Shown here one piece after another: positions 47,395-59,985 of a stretch of 64,000 nucleotides of DNA. The notes beneath the pieces are model-generated. The model saw only the letters and a list, made by a program, of their open reading frames with translations. It did not search any database and was not told the DNA's origin. Numbering within the stretch: position 1 is the stretch's first letter; each line of letters starts with the position of its first letter. Where the stretch lies: assembly GCA_030295235.1 (NCBI GenBank), contig AP026123.1, forward strand, positions 682,001-746,000. Reading direction: 5' to 3'. A program made the position numbers and the translations under genes. The DNA comes from Fistulifera solaris. Its lineage: Eukaryota.

Positions 47395-50300
47395 ATGAAA
47401 CGACCAAGCGTTATATCTTCCTGTTTCTCTATCTGCTGGGTCGGAGCTGCTCTAATATCGATATCATGGCTTGCCGCGGGGAGCCAATCTAATGCACCCA
47501 TACAGCCTCCCCCTCCCCCACCCAAACCGACCGACCGGAAAACATCTCCTTTGCATACTGTCGAAGCTAATGACACTGAACAGCAGCCACAACAAAAAAC
47601 CCACTCAATTCAACATGTTGATCGACCACCTCCACCGCCGCAACGCTCTTCCTCTCCAGGTGTGTCGTCGTATCAGCAACAACCGAACTCAATTATTATG
47701 CCTCCACCTCCCCGAATTCAGTCCACGGCTAGTACATCTGGTGCAAACAATTCCATACAATCTGAGAAGAAACTTCTCGATACAAATATTGAAGAGTCTG
47801 CCGAAGGCATGAATTCTGAGCAGACCGCTGCTAGGCAGCAAACACAACAGCAACCTGAGATGATATCTCCTATCGAGAGAAGCCATGTCACTCCACTTGT
47901 CGGTTCTCAACGACAGGAGACCCAGCTACAGCGACCACCCATTACACCGTCGAGGCCGTCAGTGACTTTTGAAGGAAGGAGTAATTATAGAGAAATAGAA
48001 AAGCCGCCGATAGGCATTCCTCCCCGCCCTGGCGTTGATTCGACGTATCGACAACCCCCCAACGTCCCTCCCCCGGGAACATTTCACGCACAAAGACATG
48101 ATCCACGGACTGGACCGCCACCAGCTGTCCCGAGTCGTCAACCCTATCCGAACCGTCCTCCGTCGGCTGGTTACCGGCAACCAAGGCGGCAACAGTCGGC
48201 ACTGACGCAGTTATGGAAAAAAGTAGAACGTAGCTTGGATGGTTTAGCCGATCTGGAAGATGTCGTCACCGAGAGAGCACAGCAGCTGTATTCAACGGCC
48301 AAAGAAAGTGTTTCGTCAGTCTACAAACGACCCTTGGATGGGAGAAGCTCGGACAATGACCACGACCTTGCTTCTTCGGTCACGGTGCCGTCATTGCGGA
48401 TATGGTCGAAGTCTCGTCCCAGCAAGCCAGCCACGACAGCAATTCCACAGATGGATATGTCACGGTTCACCAAGAAGATTGCCACTGGAGAACGTACACC
48501 CGAAGTGGTGTCCGGAGCTGCAAAGGAAAAGTTACCGTGGGAAAATACGGCTGCTTCCAGTGAGGTTCCGGCCAGTCCGTTTGCTAAAGCAATGATCCAA
48601 GAGTCGGTAGTCACGACAGATACAACCGGTGCACTAAGTGATTATGAAAAGAAGCAGGATAGTGCGACACCATTTGGTCCTAGTTTTACGAAGAAACCCC
48701 CTGATCACTCTGGCAACAGCACGAAACGGATGATTCGAGCCAATGGTGGTGCATCCACACCTCCCTTTCGCAACCCAACAGACCCACTTGACTCTCAACG
48801 GTTGTCGCGACCCCCGTTGGAACGTCCAATGGCACCTCCGGGTCGACCTTCGCCACCAAGACACATTCCTCCCACGAGGGCAGGTCCTCCACCGACACGA
48901 AGGCCCCCCGCAAAAAGGTTACTTGGACGATGATGACGAAGAGGATAAGTCAATCGTTCAGAAAATGATGAAAGCCCTTCCTGGTATTCCCCGATTTTCC
49001 TTCTTTCGTCGGAGTCAGTTTGATTCTTCGGCTTCCGCTACGTGGGATGCGTGGAATGCGGGTGATAGTGATACAGCGGAAGCATCGGCGGGTTTCTTTG
49101 GAAGAATATTTGGCTCGAATGCAGGTCATCGTTCCTCGCCCAAAGCGCCGCGCCAACCGACCACAAAATCCATGTCTGCGCCTTTACAAAGCTTCATGGA
49201 TAGATGCGACGATGGAAAAACGTTTTCTTTACTGAATCCGGCGGAAAGAGCAAGAAGCCGAAATATCGGGCGCACCCTAGCTGCGCTAGATACTGTTGCT
49301 CTTGCGTTCGCTCTCCTTGGTCTGAAACAGTTACCAAAGCTCGAACATATCATGCTTCCGCACTCTTTATCAGAAGCATTTCGTGGTAGCCTTCCTCAAT
49401 TTGCACATTGCGTTATGGCTGGCATGGATACGTGGGCGCCCTTTGCTTTTCTTGCTGCCTTTCTGACAGTACAAACGAGACAGCTTATTTTGAGAGCTAA
49501 ATTAAGATCGTTGGTGCAAACCATGGATGCTTCAATTTCCGAGGAAGCTCAGTATGGCGCTTTATTTCTGAGACTCTACACCTCATCATCATTTGTCCGA
49601 GATGTCAGCGAAAGGTTAAGAAAGGCTGCGCATTCTCAGCTTACGGCGCGAATAGACTTGACTCGATTGCGTGCTCTGGTAACAATTTCCCTGGTGTCAA
49701 TGTTATTGATGACAGTGCCCATCTTCACTCCCCCTAATGATGGCTCTGTTTGGGGCATTGCAACACATTTTCGATTTCAAGCTTTTGCACTCATGGCCGA
49801 TAGAATGGAAGGCTCTTATGACAAATATTATCTCCTCATGGTCCGCATTTGCTAGCAAGGCGAAATTGTTAATAACCGAAGAGCTCGAACAAATGTCAGG
49901 TCATCCAAAGCAAGTCGTTTTCGGCTTGTCAATCGCTGCGGCTCTTCTAATGGTAAGCCGCTTGCCAGTAAGCAGTCAACGCAATATGGAAGCTGAAGTG
50001 ACGGAAACAGACGAAGAGGAAGATGCACAATTTGTTAAGTTCACCGAGCAAGTGTCCAATTTAGGTATATCAAGTGCAAGTCGACTTGCTCTGTTGTCTG
50101 ATGCGGGCGGAATCGATTCGGCTCTTGAACGCTGGAGATTGTTGATCCCACGCGGAGCTGACCTCGCAAATTCGCGAAGGTCATTGAAAACTATCTTGCA
50201 GATCACGTGGAAAGGACTGGTATCAGCCATCATACTTGCACTACCACTTGAATTTTATTACTCCGGCATCTTTTCATCTTCATTTCCTCAGTGGGGATCA

Positions 50301-51413
50301 TTGATGGATGTTTCATGTGTTCTTCTTTTGACGCAGTTTCTTTCATTGAAAGCTCTGTCGTCGTCACTGTTTGCAGACCAATACAAAGGAGCGGTAGCAG
50401 GGTTCGTCATGTCGTTGCGGAAGGCAACGAACGAGAGACTGAGCCGACTGAATGCACCACCTGCTAACTTACAACAGCAAGTAGCGATCTCTCCGTCTGC
50501 GGGACTCGAGGTAAAGGATTTGTGGGCCGCGCATACGACCAAAAGGGCTTGGGCAGTCCGTGGGGTTAATATTGAATGCCGCAGTGGAAACATCCTCTTG
50601 ATTTTGGGAGATGATTCAGCGGGCAAATCACGTTTACTAACGACACTTGCTGAAACGGTTGCGCGCCCGCCGCCTCAGGCATTAACGACGACTCGTGTAC
50701 GCGGAAGCATTCGCGTAGCTGGTATTGAGGTCAACAAGTGGGATCACAAACTTCTCCAAAAGAGGGTATGGCCTGTTTTGCACGACGTCCGGAGCATGAG
50801 TGACTTCGCCCAAGTCTTATCTGGGATGTCATTAGAAGAAATCTTGGAGCCTTCTGGCGGTATACGCTATTTGGAATTATCGCATCGTCCTGGTCCGAAT
50901 GAACGTGCGACTATGATGCTTGCTTTAAAACTTGCTGGCCTCTACTCATCGCTTCTTCCCAAACTTCCCTCTAAGCTTTCGACAGTTGTGACGGCCAATG
51001 AAGAAGACACTAGACCTTCTGCACTCCGCCCGCTGTATTCTATGTTATCACCTGCAGAATGGTCGAAGTTGTTGCTTGCGCGCATCTTCTCGCAAGCTAT
51101 CTACGAGAACGATAATTCAGCCAGTAACAGTGATAACTTGGAAAATTGCCTTGTTGGGTCGTTGCTCCTTTTGGACGATGCAACCTTGTACCTGCCAGAA
51201 GTGGAGGAAGCCCGTTTGATTCGCGATTTACGAGCAACAGGCGCCGCTACTATCTTGACTTCAAATCGTTGGGCACTTGGTCGACTTGCGGATCAGATAG
51301 TAGTAATGAGGGATGGAGCTATCTTGGAAAGTGGCACGCATGCGGAGCTATTGAGTCGAGGACCTCAACAATCTTTATACGCCGCAAAGTGGCATGCTAT
51401 GACATCTCAATAA
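47395..51413 (+). CDS. Large membrane protein: signal peptide, Pro-rich region, TM segments and degenerate ABC ATPase domain; frameshifts ~48915 and ~49735
   Basis: Three overlapping ORFs join at homopolymer runs; GDDSAGKS Walker A, LLLDD Walker B and ADQIVVMRDGAILESGTHAELL. Confidence 0.75.
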
Positions 51414-51493
51414 AGCTATTACGACACTGTCGATGAACAAAATCCCAATTTCTATCATTATAGCATTTACTGAAAAAGCAGCGGAGAATGGAT

Positions 51494-52327
51494 TTAAAAG
51501 GTAGCCTCTCCGTCGCCATCCACGCTCACATCATTGTCAGAGTCGTAATAATTCGTTGTGTAATCTTCAACTTCCTCTTCGTCCATGTCCTCCAGTTCTT
51601 CGCCAATCTCTTCGTCTTCTTCTTGCAGTTGTTCTTCCGTAGCTTGTATTTTCTCTTCTTCTGCCAATAGATCCGTAAGAGTCTTCCGTTGTGGATTACG
51701 TGCCTCGCGGGCCGATTCGAGTTGTTTTCGGGTGCTCAATAACTCTGCTGGAAAGTATCGTTCGTCGGTGGCTAATTTGCTATACACCTTTTGCCTTTCT
51801 ATAGACGCACTGGTTATTGTGACAGGGACTTCTGTTTCGTTCTCATTCAATTCATTACTGCTCATAGGATTAATTCCCTGATGACCGCTCATGGACAAAA
51901 GCACATTCTGATCCGGGGCGGTTCGTATTGTTTGTTGACCGTATCGAGCGACATCGGTCATGGGATTCTGCTGCACAAAATGTGACGATTTGTTCAATGC
52001 TTCAAAAAGCTGTCGCTGTTTTTGTATCATCGAAACGACAGTAGCTGGTCGTTTTGCTATAACAATTTGTTGTGCTTGTCCCGATTCTTCTGTTTCTTCT
52101 TCTTTGATCACAAAAGGGTTCGAGGATGTCGGATGCGCCGCATCGTTGCCAGAAGACTGCCATAAAATATCCGGATATAAAGAAGGACGAACAATTTCCT
52201 GTATTGACATCATTTCACGATCATTGTCTAGACCAGCTTCTTGCGCTGACCGCTTGAGTAATAGTTTGGACTGAGACAACGGGCCGGATCCTCGTCCTCT
52301 GCCACGACCTCGGCCGCGACCGGACAT
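51494..52327 (-). CDS. RPC7: RNA polymerase III subunit RPC7/Rpc31
   Basis: MSGRGRGRGRG start, PSLYP, RYFPAEL and an acidic tail EDYTTNYYD. Confidence 0.75.
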   Translation of the reverse strand: MSGRGRGRGRGRGSGPLSQSKLLLKRSAQEAGLDNDREMMSIQEIVRPSLYPDILWQSSGNDAAHPTSSNPFVIKEEETEESGQAQQIVIAKRPATVVSMIQKQRQLFEALNKSSHFVQQNPMTDVARYGQQTIRTAPDQNVLLSMSGHQGINPMSSNELNENETEVPVTITSASIERQKVYSKLATDERYFPAELLSTRKQLESAREARNPQRKTLTDLLAEEEKIQATEEQLQEEDEEIGEELEDMDEEEVEDYTTNYYDSDNDVSVDGDGEATF

Positions 52328-53221
52328 GCTTGCAATTGAATTTCTCTTCGAGACAATGTACCTTTCCAAGGGTTATTAAACAAGCTGCATGTTAATTTAG
52401 TCTGCTGATAATAAATAAAGAAAAAAGGTCGATTGGCTGGTTATAAATGAGGGACAATGCCACAAATGTATGCTTCTTCTGCCAATTTTCGCTTGGTTTC
52501 AAGGCAACCACCGATCATGGCGCGATCGGAACGTGGTGAAGAATAGATCCGCCTGTCCTTCGTTCCGTGGTCTGCATTAGTGACTGCCAATGAAAAGCAT
52601 TCCCGTTGAAAGGTCGTCGTCGATACCGGTCCATCTTTCGTATACGCTAAAGTGTATCGTCCTATGTACTCCATTTGTATGCACCAGTACCGCTTGAAGG
52701 GCATGCGCGCAGCTCGTGTCAATCGCTGACGTCTTCTCGAAAGTATCTTCCGCTTGTTCATTTCAAAAGGATCCGAACTTCAAACCTTGGCGTGCTCCTT
52801 CTTCGAACTTTCTTCTGCTTCCTCCTCTGCCTCACGATTGTCCTTGTGCAGCAATAAGACAACAACTAGTTGATACTATTCATTTTCTCAAAGGTACGTT
52901 GGAAGGAGAGCCATGCTGCTAGAGAGAAAATGCGCGTTCCTATTTGCGACAGAGCACTTGTTCGTTGGCGTGAACGATGTTGAATCTCCGCTCGTTGCGA
53001 GTGTTGAAGGTTTCGTCGTTCCGCCGGACCATGAACATGCTCTTACTCTGGAGCGCTAAAGTGATTATGGCTTTCCTTGAGTATGTAGGGGCTTGTCTAT
53101 AGTCTAGCACATAATGAGAACGCTCACATTTGTTTTTTCTTTCTTCTAACTTTGACTTGAATTATTGTGGACCGCAGATTTCATTGACAACGACGACGAC
53201 GACGACGACGACACTTTCAAC

Positions 53222-53758
53222 ATGAGCGGTTTATGGGCACGTTACAACAAGATGCTGGACGCACAGCCTCTCTTGACAAAGGCTTTGACTTCCTTGACTG
53301 GGTTCACTTTGGGTGATGTTTTGGCCCAAAAATTCGTCGAACCGACCGACAAGCCCTACGATTTGATGCGAACGGTGCGATTGGGAAGTTTCGGCTTTCT
53401 CATTCATGGTACCACAGGACACTACTTTTACGGCTTTCTGGACGGAAAGTTGCCCGGAACGGCTCCGATGACCGTGGCTACCAAGGTCGCTATCGATCAG
53501 ACGATCTGGAATCCTATTTTCGGTCTCATGTTCTTTGGTTACCTCAACTTTGTGGAGGGCAAGAGCTTTGAAGATTACACCAACAAGATCAAGGCGGATC
53601 TCAAAACGGCGGTCATGGGATCTTGGGCAGTTTGGGTCCCGGCTCACACAATCAACTTTGCCTTTATTCCTCCCAGCCAGCGACTGCTCTACATCAACAG
53701 CATTCAAATCGGCTACAATGTTTTCTTGTCATTCTTGGGAAACAAAAAGGTAGAATAA
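53222..53758 (+). CDS. Mpv17/PMP22 family membrane protein
   Basis: PLLTKALTS, GDVLAQ, KVAIDQ and WVPAHTINFAFIP. Confidence 0.93.
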   Translation: MSGLWARYNKMLDAQPLLTKALTSLTGFTLGDVLAQKFVEPTDKPYDLMRTVRLGSFGFLIHGTTGHYFYGFLDGKLPGTAPMTVATKVAIDQTIWNPIFGLMFFGYLNFVEGKSFEDYTNKIKADLKTAVMGSWAVWVPAHTINFAFIPPSQRLLYINSIQIGYNVFLSFLGNKKVE

Positions 53759-54149
53759 GCGAGATCATATATCATATTCAGAAGAAAGAGTTTGTTTGGT
53801 TGATAAAACGTCATTATTTCTTGATTTGCAACGCTTGGTTTGCTTCAAGACAGAGGGTCGGTTTACTTGTCGTTCGTCGCGTACTATATGCTACAACCCT
53901 ATTCGCTGTTTAAAACGATCGTCGTCTAGTACAAGGCTCAACGATTTTTAAGGTTTGCGTCTAATCGTTGAAGCTATACGACGTCGGTAGTGCTTTGTCG
54001 AGGTGGATGTTAGCTATAGCACATAGTGACACTGATGGGGAAAAGCAAACAAAATTTGTCGAGAAAGATAAAGTGATTATTTCTTTAGTAAATTGAGCCT
54101 TCCAATGTCGAGCCTTAATCTGTCAAAGCTGCAATCGAGAGATTTCGTA

Positions 54150-54376
54150 CTAGCCGAAAGCAGCTTTTGCCATATTGACATTCTCGTTGTCCTTAACAGT
54201 CTTTCTCGTGACTTCCTTTCGCTCTGCTTCGCGTTCATTGATCTTCTTGAAGAACTTTTCTTCATCGGATGCTCCAGGAGTAAAGGCCGTCTTGAGCGAT
54301 TCTTTCGTCTCGCGCTCTTTCTGCTTTTCGGCCTCCTTCTCCTTGTTCTTTTGAGGAAAAACATCATATCCGCCAT
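54150..54376 (-). CDS. Small charged helical hypothetical protein (needs a 1-nt correction after the ATG)
   Basis: The alternative frame reads YDVFPQKNKEKEAEKQKERE...NVNMAKAAFG*, which is more protein-like than the listed ORF. Confidence 0.4.
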
Positions 54377-55853
54377 GGTAAAAGATGTTTGTTGTGCAAT
54401 AGGAACAGGGACGGTACGGAGGTTGTGAAGATGCCTTGCAAGGGTGAGCAATGGAAAGACGTTGTGTTATTTGTATGTTTATTGCTTATTGCTTGTGTTT
54501 CGCCCTTCTTGGCTTGTGGAAAAGCGGACGAGTTTTTTGATCATCGTCATCTTGTCCCGATCATAATGACCCGTGACAATGACTCAGTTTGCACCTTGAG
54601 CGGTGAGGTAAGCTCAAACCAATTTTAAGGCTCGATGTTCTTGACCTTTGACTGATAGCAACTAAATAAGAAATATCCAGCAAATTTAATGCAAGGCAAC
54701 GCCCTTGTCGTCATCGAGAACACTTTTTTAAAGGATGACATGATCTTTCCATAGATCTTAATTGCACCTTCCGGGACTGCACTTTGATTGAGTCATCAGT
54801 CACAACGTGCACCCGCTACAATTTCAGCTATAGTGTGGATACCGTTTTAAGTGTTTCGTGTCCGTAAACCCACACTTTAAGACTATAGTGAATTTTACTT
54901 CGAACGCAGCGACGGACGAGAAAACGAGAAAAGCTTTTTCCGCCACAAAAAAAATGTCTACATTCTACAATGCCATCATTATTCATCATTCATCATCATC
55001 GAGATACAGTTCTGTTGCGTTTCGAATGAATAAAGCCACCAAGAACATTTTTGACGCAGTTAGTACGATGCTCCCAGTGCGCAATCGCAATTTGTCAGCG
55101 AAAAATTAAAAGCGCAAACGCGTTATCCTGAAGTTTTCGCTTTCGCTGCAACATGCTAATGGGCAGCCATTTCAATATAAAAATGCGCCTCCCTTCTGTT
55201 GCACAAGTACCAAATTTATATTTGAAGCTCGGAATGGACAGGTGCTACTTTGACCTTCGTGTTTGCTGAAAACAGTTAGCCAGCCGCCCCTTCAACGCCT
55301 TGCATGGAGTCAACTAACGCTGAGGAAGGCTGTACCACAGTAAAAAAATGAAAGCTGCCTCATTGGTGTAGATCACGATCAGAGGATGCGACTCAGACGC
55401 GACTGCTTAACTGCGCTTACTCTTTTTGAACAGGTAAGAAAGGAAAGGTTATTTGAGCTGTTTCACAGAAACTAAGGCTCGTTCCTTTCATGAGAATGAT
55501 GATCACCAAATAAAACACAATGATAGGTCGTCCGCTACGATGGGCGACAAATTCTATGGTTGACTCTGAATTACTTTTCGCCTGCGCTCTCTTTTCTTCT
55601 CTTTACTCATTCTGTCTTTCTGTCTTCGAACCTTTTTTAACAACATAGGAAATTGAAATACGAAAGCCAACACATTACAGGGTGTGCCATGAGAAAGAGC
55701 ACGTTGTTTAAAGTATCAACCGATGATTCCAAATAGTAGCAATTTGCGCTGTCTACCCACAGCCGCTCCATCTGGTTGCATTGTAATCATTATGTAAATC
55801 CAAAGCAAATGTAGATGAGCTTTAACCTTTGCATTACCTACACTAAAATTTCA

Positions 55854-56402
55854 TTAGCGTCCAAACGTCGTAGTCAAGAAAGCGCGACCAAGAACGCCGG
55901 CTCCGAACATATAGAAATTACAAACGGAAGGGCTAGCATTTTCATCAATCGGCAGGTTTTCCACCGGAAGAGCCGAGACACAGAATATGTAACGGTGAGC
56001 GCCGTGGCCGGGAGGAGGAGCCGAGCCGACAAATCCGGCAAAGCCCGCATCGTTCTTTAACATTTTCGCGCCAGCGGGGAGCTTCGATCCGTCCGGATTA
56101 CCAGCGCCGGTTTCCAAGGAAGTTATGTTTGCTGGAATATCATACATCACCCAGTGCCAAAATCCCGACACCGTGGGAGCGTCCGGGTCGTAGCAGGTGA
56201 CAACGAACGACTTGGTACCCTCGGGAGCACCTTCCCAAGTCAAAGAGGGCGAAAGATCTTCACCTCCTTCGACACCGAAGGCCTTGCTCAGCTGAGGTGC
56301 AGGCATGGTTGCACCGTCCGCAATGTCGGTCGAAGTAACCGTAAACGAGGCAGCGCTGGGCAGCGAGTCGTAGGTGTTATAGCTAAATGGGGCGTCCGGC
56401 AT
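55854..56402 (-). CDS. YbhB/YbcL-family PEBP (Raf kinase inhibitor-like), bacterial type
   Basis: SPSLTW, YDPDAPTVSGFWHW, NDAG and APPPGHGAHRY; intronless. Confidence 0.92.
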   Translation of the reverse strand: MPDAPFSYNTYDSLPSAASFTVTSTDIADGATMPAPQLSKAFGVEGGEDLSPSLTWEGAPEGTKSFVVTCYDPDAPTVSGFWHWVMYDIPANITSLETGAGNPDGSKLPAGAKMLKNDAGFAGFVGSAPPPGHGAHRYIFCVSALPVENLPIDENASPSVCNFYMFGAGVLGRAFLTTTFGR

Positions 56403-56663
56403 GGTATCTACAGCGATGATGGATTGATAATGAAAGAAAGATCGAATGATGAATATCTAGATCGCGATGACGCAAAAATCATCGAAGTGCAAAGAAATGG
56501 GCGGAAAGGCGGCGAACTGCGAGCCAAGTGCGGCTGTGTCGCACCGGGGACAGTGACCTGCTAGTTCGTTGTTGCTCTGCCACGTACTTGGTAAATGAAC
56601 ACCTTCACAAAGAATAAAAACTCATTAACTATTGTATCCAAACATAATAAGAGTAATGGGGAT

Positions 56664-58413
56664 CTATGGTACAATATCTATAGTATCATAGCGCTGCAAA
56701 CGTGCGGACTGGGATCTCAGTCCTTTGCGCGTCTGGAAATGTTCGGAAGTCCATTGCTTCGTTGTCGCTGCCCGGTCGGACAAATTATAAGATGATGAAT
56801 GTCGTGAATATTGCTTGCGAGTGCCCGATTCTGCTTGAACATTATTCGAAGATGATGTCCGCCGCAATCCCAATAGTGAAGATGTTGCAGTCGCGACGGT
56901 GGATTCGTCCAAGGTACTGTCGTCTCTGGCTATTATGGGTGCTTTTCTTCGAGAGGATGCGGCGGTGGGTGCCACATTTTTGTTGGGCGAAAAGCCGTAG
57001 CAACAAATGTCGCCCAGAATCGTATCGTCCAAGCCGCACAAGAGCGAAGAAAAAAGCGGTTGGGGCGGGGGCTTTGCGCAACGAATGCGGCGAAGTGTAG
57101 CCATGATTCTCTCTCATCTCAGCTACCTCATACACCAAAATGTACGCTTGCTGAGCCAGAACAGTCTTGATATCGACCCGATCAACGACGCTGTCGTTGC
57201 ACTGGAACCATTCACCTGCGTGCTTGCAGAACGCAATGTAATGTCCCGAATCACAGGAAGTACCTTGATGGACGAGCAGAGCCACCAGTTCGTAGGGTGG
57301 CGGCTTGGACTTGTTTACCTTCGACATGTAGGAACCGATTTGTAGTCGCTCCGCAAAGTGAATGTGCTTGTTGACTCGGATCAATCGGCCGTATTCATCA
57401 AGAGCAAAGCGTTTGAGGTGACACACCAGAATGGACGGAGCGGTGGCCAGCCGTAATGCTTTCTTAGCGGGTTGCTTGAAACCGCAGGGTGAACAAAAGA
57501 CTTGGTTATCCCCATCTAGTATTTCTGATGAGGTGAAGTCTTTCAAAGCATCCGTCAGGGTCTTGACATGAGGCTGGTCAATATCCAGCGACAAATCCAT
57601 GTATCGGTCTCTTGTATTGCTTGGACATTGACATCCTTGACATGTGACAGTCGACTCCAGTAAACCATCGAACAAACTGCTCAACTTTCTATTTTGCCCG
57701 TTCATCACGAGAGTCGACAAGAGTGCGCGAAGAAATTCGTGCGCATCTTCTTGTTGATAGGGACGGAGGCATGGTGAAAGTCGATCGGGATGTTTGGTGA
57801 TCGCCCCTGGGTTGACTACCGGATTGCTTCCCCAAACTCGCATGGAGGATAACATGTTCATCCAGTCTGACGAAGAAGAAGCGAAGGTTCCTCGTTTTTC
57901 TTGGTGGAACTCGACCGTAATGGCTTTCAACTCTCGTGTCAGCCACCGGCATTTGTCTCGGAGTACTCGATCATGGCGTTTCCGCCGCCTGGAACTGGTG
58001 TCATCCCGAGCATCTCCATCATCACTGGTTATGCTCTTGGTTTCTTCTTCGAGTAAAGTAGGGTTTGATGAGTAGCGACGGAATATTTTACTGGCGGCAG
58101 GGTCTATTAAGGCATGTGTCAAAGCGGTGGATAGCAAGCATTGTAACACAGCGTTAGCGTAGCACGTGTTGCCAACATTGAGAAGACCTTTTGGTTTGTG
58201 TATCGAATCCTCCAAATGTTTGGGTAGCGTAAATACGGATGTGCTGGTGTTAGCACTGGCTACGCTTTCTCCGCAATGATAATGGCTAGGATAGTGAGTC
58301 GTTTCATGATACTCTTGTTGATCATCGCCAGCCATAGAGAAACGAGGGGGAGGACATAAAACGCTCTCTTGACGCCCTCCCCGCACACCGTATCTCGGTC
58401 TTTCTTGCGCCAT
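56664..58413 (-). CDS. Ubiquitin-specific protease (C19, USP36/42-like); frameshift ~57055
   Basis: GLLNVGNTCYANAVLQC, QQEDAHEF, HLKRF, VHQG...GHY, QCNDS and AYILVY. Confidence 0.93.
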
Positions 58414-59086
58414 TTGTTCCACAGTATTACAAACAATGACAAAAAAACAAGAGGAATTGACTTTCAACGGCGATAGGATGCAAACGACAAGTTCCAGCAG
58501 CGTTTGCCACGCCTCACAGAGATTGTCTTGTTGTTGCTTATCCCCCCTCAATTGTCAATCACAATAGCACAACCTTGGAAAGTATCTTTCTCGTTAAAGG
58601 TACATACAACTTCGGAATGAGCAGAGAGCACTATCGGCATGTGACAATTCCTCCTCTCTCTTCCTCTCTTTCAGTGGAGTGGCGTGTGGTGCATAGTTGT
58701 GAAGGAGAAAAACGGGTCGTTGGGTGTAGTCTCAAAACCTAAGTAATGTTTTTCGATGAGAATCAACGGATGTGCCTTTCTAGGTACTGAAATTTACTTA
58801 GAGGGAGAAAAATCAAATTTCTTAAATCGAGTTTCGCCAACAAGGATCTGCACCGCGTTTCATTTAGCGATTACAAATTTGGTCACTAAACGTATGAGTA
58901 CTATGGGGAGCGGCGTGTGTGCTCATGACTCATGACTTCTTATGTTTTCCCAAGTTATTCTCCGTGTCGCACTGTGTCGCGGCGGAGAATTATGATGTTG
59001 TGATGGAAAGAAAGATCGATCCATCACGCGATCCATTCCGACGTCAAAATCAACAATGTCAATACCGTAATAACTAAAAATTAAAA

Positions 59087-59969
59087 ATGATGAGCTCCGC
59101 ATTATTCCGACTCCTTCAAGTATGGCGTCCCGAGCTTCCGGAAAGCAGTGATGGCCGGCCTTTGACGACCGCCGTGTCACATTTTGTCCACTTTCCGTAC
59201 GATCGACTGCCGTCCAACACACTCGTGGCCGTGCTGATGCGGCCCGAAGTCGTTCTCGGCTTAATCATCTTCTATCTTGTGTCCAAGAAAATACTCAAGC
59301 TGGCGATGAAAGTATCGGGATTCCGTGCAGAGACTGCGGCGTTTCAATTCTTTATTGCCGCACACAATCTGGGGTTGGCGGTTTTTTCAGGGGTCTGTGC
59401 CTACAATTCGTGGCCGATTGTCATTCAACATCTCGCGACACGAGGACTGATGGCGACCTATTGCGACAAAGATGGATCCTTATGGGGAGAGGGTGGATTA
59501 GGAGCATGGGCGACGGTGTTTTATATATCTAAGTACTACGAATTCGTCGATACGTGGATTCTGGTGTTGAAAGGAAAAGAGGCGTCCTTCTTACAGGTAT
59601 ACCATCACACGGGGATTGTATTGGCAATGTATGGTGGTGTCGCCAGTCAATCGGCGTGGCTTCTGTTTGTGGTCTTGCTGAATAGTGTCATTCATACTCT
59701 CATGTATGTTTACTTCTTCATCAAGACCATTTCTCCGAAAAACGGAAATCAAAGCCGCTCGCTACCTGACCATGGCGCAGATTGGGCAGTTCTTTACAGG
59801 AATTGGTTGCTCCGTAGGAGTGCTAGTTATGGGCGACCGTTGCGATACCCAAAGTTCTAGGGCTAGTCTCCTTTTCTTGCACATTTATGGATTTGGACTG
59901 ATTGCTCTCTTTCGGGCGTTTGCGAAAAGAAATACAAGAAAAGCTAACACGTTGATGAAAAAATATTAG
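59087..59969 (+). CDS. ELO/GNS1/SUR4 fatty acid elongase; frameshift ~59740
   Basis: FYISKYYEFVDT, LQVYHH, NSVIHTLMYVYF and TMAQIGQF motifs. Confidence 0.9.
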
Positions 59970-59985
59970 TAAAATAATAAGGCTG

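Noticed and set aside
52441..52922. Short ORFs between RPC7 and Mpv17
   Set aside because: No consistent frame or recognisable motif, so a gene cannot be supported.
968..59969. Many frameshifted genes as pseudogenes or programmed frameshifting
   Set aside because: The breaks fall mostly in homopolymer runs and hit essential genes (XPB, beta-COP), so long-read indel error is the simpler explanation.
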